A stretch of 63,966 nucleotides of DNA, counting the filler, from Thermodesulfobacteriota bacterium (GTDB lineage: Bacteria > DASVDK01), in assembly GCA_036381125.1 (NCBI GenBank). It is 8 parts of 8 records of this genome, joined end to end, with 100 filler letters (N's around TTAATTAATTAA, not from the genome) between each part and the next. Parts side by side here need not be neighbours in the genome. Positions count along the whole stretch, not along the records: positions 60,264 to 63,966 come from DASVDK010000158.1; 7 more parts are not named here. One strand, given 5' to 3'. The translations under genes were made by a program, and so were the position numbers. Below, in pieces: positions 60,741 to 63,966 of this stretch. Position 1 is the stretch's first letter; each line of letters opens with the position of its first letter. The notes beneath the pieces are model-generated. The model saw nothing but the letters and a program-made list of their open reading frames with translations. It did no database searches and was not told where the DNA came from.

Positions 60741-61532
60741 ATGAGTACCCCGCAAGCCAACCCGACGCTCGACCGCGCGCTCGAGCTCGTGCGTTTCCTC
60801 CGGAAGAACTGCCCCTGGGACGCCGCCCAGACACCGACCTCGCTCCTCCCCTACCTCCTCGAGGAGGCGCACGAGACCGCCGAGGCGGTGAGCGCCGGCG
60901 ACGAGGCCGAGCTGCGCGCCGAGCTCGGCGACCTGCTCCTCAACGTCGCCTTCCAGATCGTGCTGGCGGAAGAGCGCGGCGCGTTCGACGCCGAGGCCGT
61001 GGTGGCGACGCTGGAGGCCAAGATGCGCCGTCGCCATCCGCACCTCTACGGCGAGGGTCCCGCGGTCCCGTGGGAGGAGCTGAAGGCCCGGGAGAAGGCG
61101 CGGGAGGAGGCCGCGCGGGGCGCGGCGCCGTCGTCGATCCTGGCGAGCGTGCCGAAGGGGCTCGACCCGCTCTCGCGCGCGCACCGCATCCAGGAGAAGG
61201 TGAGCGGCGTCGGCTTCGATTGGAACGACGCGCGCGGCGCGTTCGAGAAGGTGGCCGAGGAGCTGGAGGAGGTGCGCGAGGCGCTGGAGGCGGAGCCGTC
61301 GCCGGCGCTCGAGGAGGAGCTCGGCGACCTGCTCTTCGCCGTGGTCAACCTGACGCGCCTCGCCGGCACGCACGCCATGGGCGCGCTCCAGCGGGCGAAC
61401 GCGAAGTTCATGAAGCGCTTCGAGGGCGTCGAGCGGCTCGCGCGCGAGCGCGGGCTGGAGATGGGAAAGGCGTCGCTCGAGGAGCTAGACGCGATCTGGG
61501 ACGAGGTAAAGAAGGTGGAGCGGGGGCGATAG
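60741..61532 (+). CDS. mazG: Nucleoside triphosphate pyrophosphohydrolase
   Basis: CPWDAAQT, ELGDLLL, RRHPH, GFDW, EELGDLLF and NAKFMKRF. Confidence 0.95.
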   Translation: MSTPQANPTLDRALELVRFLRKNCPWDAAQTPTSLLPYLLEEAHETAEAVSAGDEAELRAELGDLLLNVAFQIVLAEERGAFDAEAVVATLEAKMRRRHPHLYGEGPAVPWEELKAREKAREEAARGAAPSSILASVPKGLDPLSRAHRIQEKVSGVGFDWNDARGAFEKVAEELEEVREALEAEPSPALEEELGDLLFAVVNLTRLAGTHAMGALQRANAKFMKRFEGVERLARERGLEMGKASLEELDAIWDEVKKVERGR

Positions 61533-61588
61533 GAGACGTCCGGCGCACCCGCTTTCTGCCCCCGTGCCAGACGCGTCTAGACGCCGCC

Positions 61589-61622
61589 AGGCCGCCAGAT
61601 GTTAAGCCAGGCGGCCTTTTTT
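61589..61622 (+). terminator. Possible intrinsic terminator after mazG
   Basis: AGGCCGCC-13 nt-GGCGGCCT followed by a T tract. Confidence 0.4.
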
Positions 61623-61706
61623 AACGCCGGCCGGGGTGTGGGTCATCCATGGTCGGGACGCGGCACTGAGGGCGCGTCCACGATCACCCGCTGATGAGGA
61701 GGACCC

Positions 61707-62099
61707 ATGCTTCGCCTGACGACGATGGCCGCAGCGTTCGGACTCGTGCTCACCCTGGCGCCGGGCGCCAGCGCGCAGGCGGTTCCGAACGGGCATCGGC
61801 TCCGCGATCGCCTGGAGGACGTGCGGGACCGCCGCGAGGATGTCCGCGACCGCCTCGAGGACCGGTGGGATCGGCTGGAGGACAAGCTGGACCGTCGGGA
61901 GGACCGGCTCGACCGCCGCGAGGATGTTTGGGACCGGCGCCACGACGGCGGCCGGGCCGACCGGCTCGAGGACCGCCGGGATCGGCGCGAGGACGTGCGG
62001 GACCGGCTGGAGGATCGGCGGGACCGGCGCGAGGACCGCGCGGACCGTCGCGAGGACCGGCGTGACCGGCGCGAGGACCGCCGGGACCGCAGGCACTGA
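61707..62099 (+). CDS. Secreted protein made of charged heptad repeats (EDRRDRR-like)
   Basis: AGGAGG RBS, a signal peptide ending ASA, then about 13 heptads of ED(V/R/K)(R/W/L/A)DR(R/L). Confidence 0.7.
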   Translation: MLRLTTMAAAFGLVLTLAPGASAQAVPNGHRLRDRLEDVRDRREDVRDRLEDRWDRLEDKLDRREDRLDRREDVWDRRHDGGRADRLEDRRDRREDVRDRLEDRRDRREDRADRREDRRDRREDRRDRRH

Positions 62100-62109
62100 G
62101 CGCGCGGGA

Positions 62110-62137
62110 GGGGCGGGCGTCCGACGGCGCCCGCCCC
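62110..62137. terminator. GC hairpin between convergent genes
   Basis: GGGGCGGGCG-8 nt-CGCCCGCCCC, with no U tract. Confidence 0.35.
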
Positions 62138-62176
62138 CGCTCTCCCGCCCCCGCGTCGTGCGGCCTCGGACCCCCC

Positions 62177-63472
62177 TCAGGGATACAACCGGTACAGCAT
62201 CCGCGGGAACGGGATCGTCTCGCGGATGTGCGGCCGGCCGGTGATCCAGGCGACGGCCCGCTCGACGCCGAGCCCGAAGCCGGAGTGCACGAACGTGCCG
62301 TAGCGGCGCAGGTCGAGGTACCAGGAGTAGGCCTCGAGCGGCAGCCCCTGCTCCTGGATGCGTGCGACGAGGCGGTCGAGATCGTCCTCGCGTTGGCTCC
62401 CGCCGATGATTTCCCCGAACCCCTCCGGCGCGATCAGGTCGTCGCACAGGACCGTGCGCGGATCGGCCGGGTTCTCCTTCATGTAGAAGGCCTTGGCCTG
62501 CTTCGGGTAGTTCGTGACGAAGACGGGCTTCTCGTAGATCGAGCCGAGGATCGTCTCGTCGGGCGCGCCGAGGTCGGTCCCCCACTGGATCTCGCTGCCG
62601 TGCTGCTGGAGCAGCGTGACGGCGTCGCTGTACTCGAGGCGCGGGAACGGTGGCGTGACCTTTTCGAGCCTGGAGATGTCACGCTCGAGGTACTCGAGTT
62701 CGTTCTTACAGCGTTCGAGCGCCCGGGCGACGAGGTAGGAGACGAGGTCCTCCTGTAGCCGCATGTTGTCGTTCGAGTCGTACCACGCCATCTCGGGCTC
62801 GACCATCCAGAACTCGGTGAGATGGCGGCGGGTCTTGGACTTCTCGGCGCGGAACGTGGGACCGAACGTGTAGATCTTGCCGAGCGCGGCGGCGGCGGCC
62901 TCGCCGTAGAGCTGGCCGGTCTGGGCGAGGTAGGCCTTTTCGTCGAAGTAGTCGACCTCGAAGAGGCCGGCGCCGCCCTCGCCGATGGCGCCGGTCAGGA
63001 TCGGGGTGTCGACGCGGACGAAGCCGCGGTCGTAGAAGAAGTCGACGATCGCCTTCTCGACTTCGTTGCGCACCTGCATGATCGCGCGCTGCTGGCTCGA
63101 GCGGAGCCAGAGGTGGCGGTGGTCGAGGAGGAAGTCGGGCCCGTGCTCCTTCGGCTGGATCGGGTAGTCGTGGCTCGGCCCGAGGATGCGGAAGTCCTGC
63201 ACGCCGAGCTCGTAGCCGCCGGGCGCGCGCCGCTCCTCGCGGACCGTGCCCGTCAGCTCGATGCTCGTCTCCAGCGTGAGGGCGCCGAGGCGCTCCCACA
63301 GCTCCGGACCGACCTCCTTCTGGAGGACGACCCCTTGGACGATCCCGGTGCCATCCCGCAGCACGACGAACGCGACCTTGCCGTGCGTCCTCGTGGTCTG
63401 GACCCAGCCGCGGAGCGTGACGGTCTCGCCGACGTGGGCTCCGAGATCACGGATGCCACTCACCACTGCCAT
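62177..63472 (-). CDS. asnS: Asparagine--tRNA ligase
   Basis: OB-fold N-terminus, AYLAQTGQLYGE, FGPTFRAEKSKTRRHLTEFWM, EIIGGSQRE and HSGFGLG. Confidence 0.95.
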   Translation of the reverse strand: MAVVSGIRDLGAHVGETVTLRGWVQTTRTHGKVAFVVLRDGTGIVQGVVLQKEVGPELWERLGALTLETSIELTGTVREERRAPGGYELGVQDFRILGPSHDYPIQPKEHGPDFLLDHRHLWLRSSQQRAIMQVRNEVEKAIVDFFYDRGFVRVDTPILTGAIGEGGAGLFEVDYFDEKAYLAQTGQLYGEAAAAALGKIYTFGPTFRAEKSKTRRHLTEFWMVEPEMAWYDSNDNMRLQEDLVSYLVARALERCKNELEYLERDISRLEKVTPPFPRLEYSDAVTLLQQHGSEIQWGTDLGAPDETILGSIYEKPVFVTNYPKQAKAFYMKENPADPRTVLCDDLIAPEGFGEIIGGSQREDDLDRLVARIQEQGLPLEAYSWYLDLRRYGTFVHSGFGLGVERAVAWITGRPHIRETIPFPRMLYRLYP

Positions 63473-63487
63473 GGACCCCCGCTGCGA

Positions 63488-63966
63488 ATGAACGGTCGAA
63501 CGGCCGCGCCCGGCGGTGCGGCGCGGAGGAAGCTAGAGCTACCCCGGAGGAGCGTCAATCTGACGCGGGCCGCCGGCATCCTCGCGCTCGCGGCGCTCGG
63601 CGCGCCCGCCGGCGGCTGCGCGGTCCGCCGCGCGCCGCCGCCCACGCACATCCCGGAGCTGGAGTGGCCGACGTACCTCGGGAACCCGGGGCGCGCCGGC
63701 TACGCCGACGAGCGCGTGCCGGACAGCGTCGAGGTGGCGTGGCGGGCGCATCCGGGGCGCGGCCTCCTCTCGCCGGTGCTGCTGGCCCCGCCGATGGCGT
63801 TCGCGACGACCGAGGGGCGCATCGTCGAGGCGCTCGCCATCGACAAGGGCGCCGTCTACTGGGCGCGACGCGTCGAGGACTCCATGACCGGCGGCGCCGT
63901 GGCCGGCGGCGGGCGGCTGTACGCCGCCACGAGCGACGCCGAGGGGTACGCCTACGCGATCCGCAT
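63488..63966 (+). CDS. PQQ-like beta-propeller lipoprotein (BamB-like), 3' truncated
   Basis: A hydrophobic signal ending AGGC, then WPTYLGNPGRAGY, VEVAW and GAVYWARR. The frame is open to the window end; the start is uncertain. Confidence 0.6.
   Translation, partial: MNGRTAAPGGAARRKLELPRRSVNLTRAAGILALAALGAPAGGCAVRRAPPPTHIPELEWPTYLGNPGRAGYADERVPDSVEVAWRAHPGRGLLSPVLLAPPMAFATTEGRIVEALAIDKGAVYWARRVEDSMTGGAVAGGGRLYAATSDAEGYAYAIR

Noticed and set aside
61602-62585. Antisense ORF with PVLAPV-type repeats
   Set aside because: It is the mirror of the heptad-repeat gene and overlaps asnS out of frame. The plus-strand ORF has the RBS and signal peptide.

Overview
The window is not continuous DNA. It is eight GC-rich (roughly 70-75% by eye) assembly fragments, probably from a metagenome bin, joined by seven artificial 100-nt linkers (N44-TTAATTAATTAA-N44). 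The fragments are 1-6538, 6639-24107, 24208-28025, 28126-33023, 33124-47023, 47124-55510, 55611-60163 and 60264-63966. Most content is ordinary: ABC, TRAP-TAXI and Tct transporters, a tungstate (tup) operon, glmS, groES/EL with CIRCE, ttcA, the recA 3' end, rph-rdgB-tRNA-Pro, alr, mazG and asnS. The accessory highlights are: (1) a DUF222-like/HNH nuclease gene bracketed by two near-identical 20-bp palindromes, a candidate novel mobile element; (2) an adjacent lower-GC 1298-aa TPR/GreAB-C/PIN candidate defence protein; (3) a TerY-P triad (vWA, PP2C, kinase) with a second, inverted vWA paralogue that shares its promoter motif; (4) an unannotated UxxC thioredoxin-like selenoprotein with a SECIS-like hairpin; (5) a decayed island with a toxin-antitoxin pair and an orphan JetD-like gene; (6) tandem ureohydrolases that both lack a metal-ligand His; (7) a 24-bp REP-like repeat family at four loci; and (8) several genes with internal deletions. 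All family calls come from motif recognition only; no searches were run.
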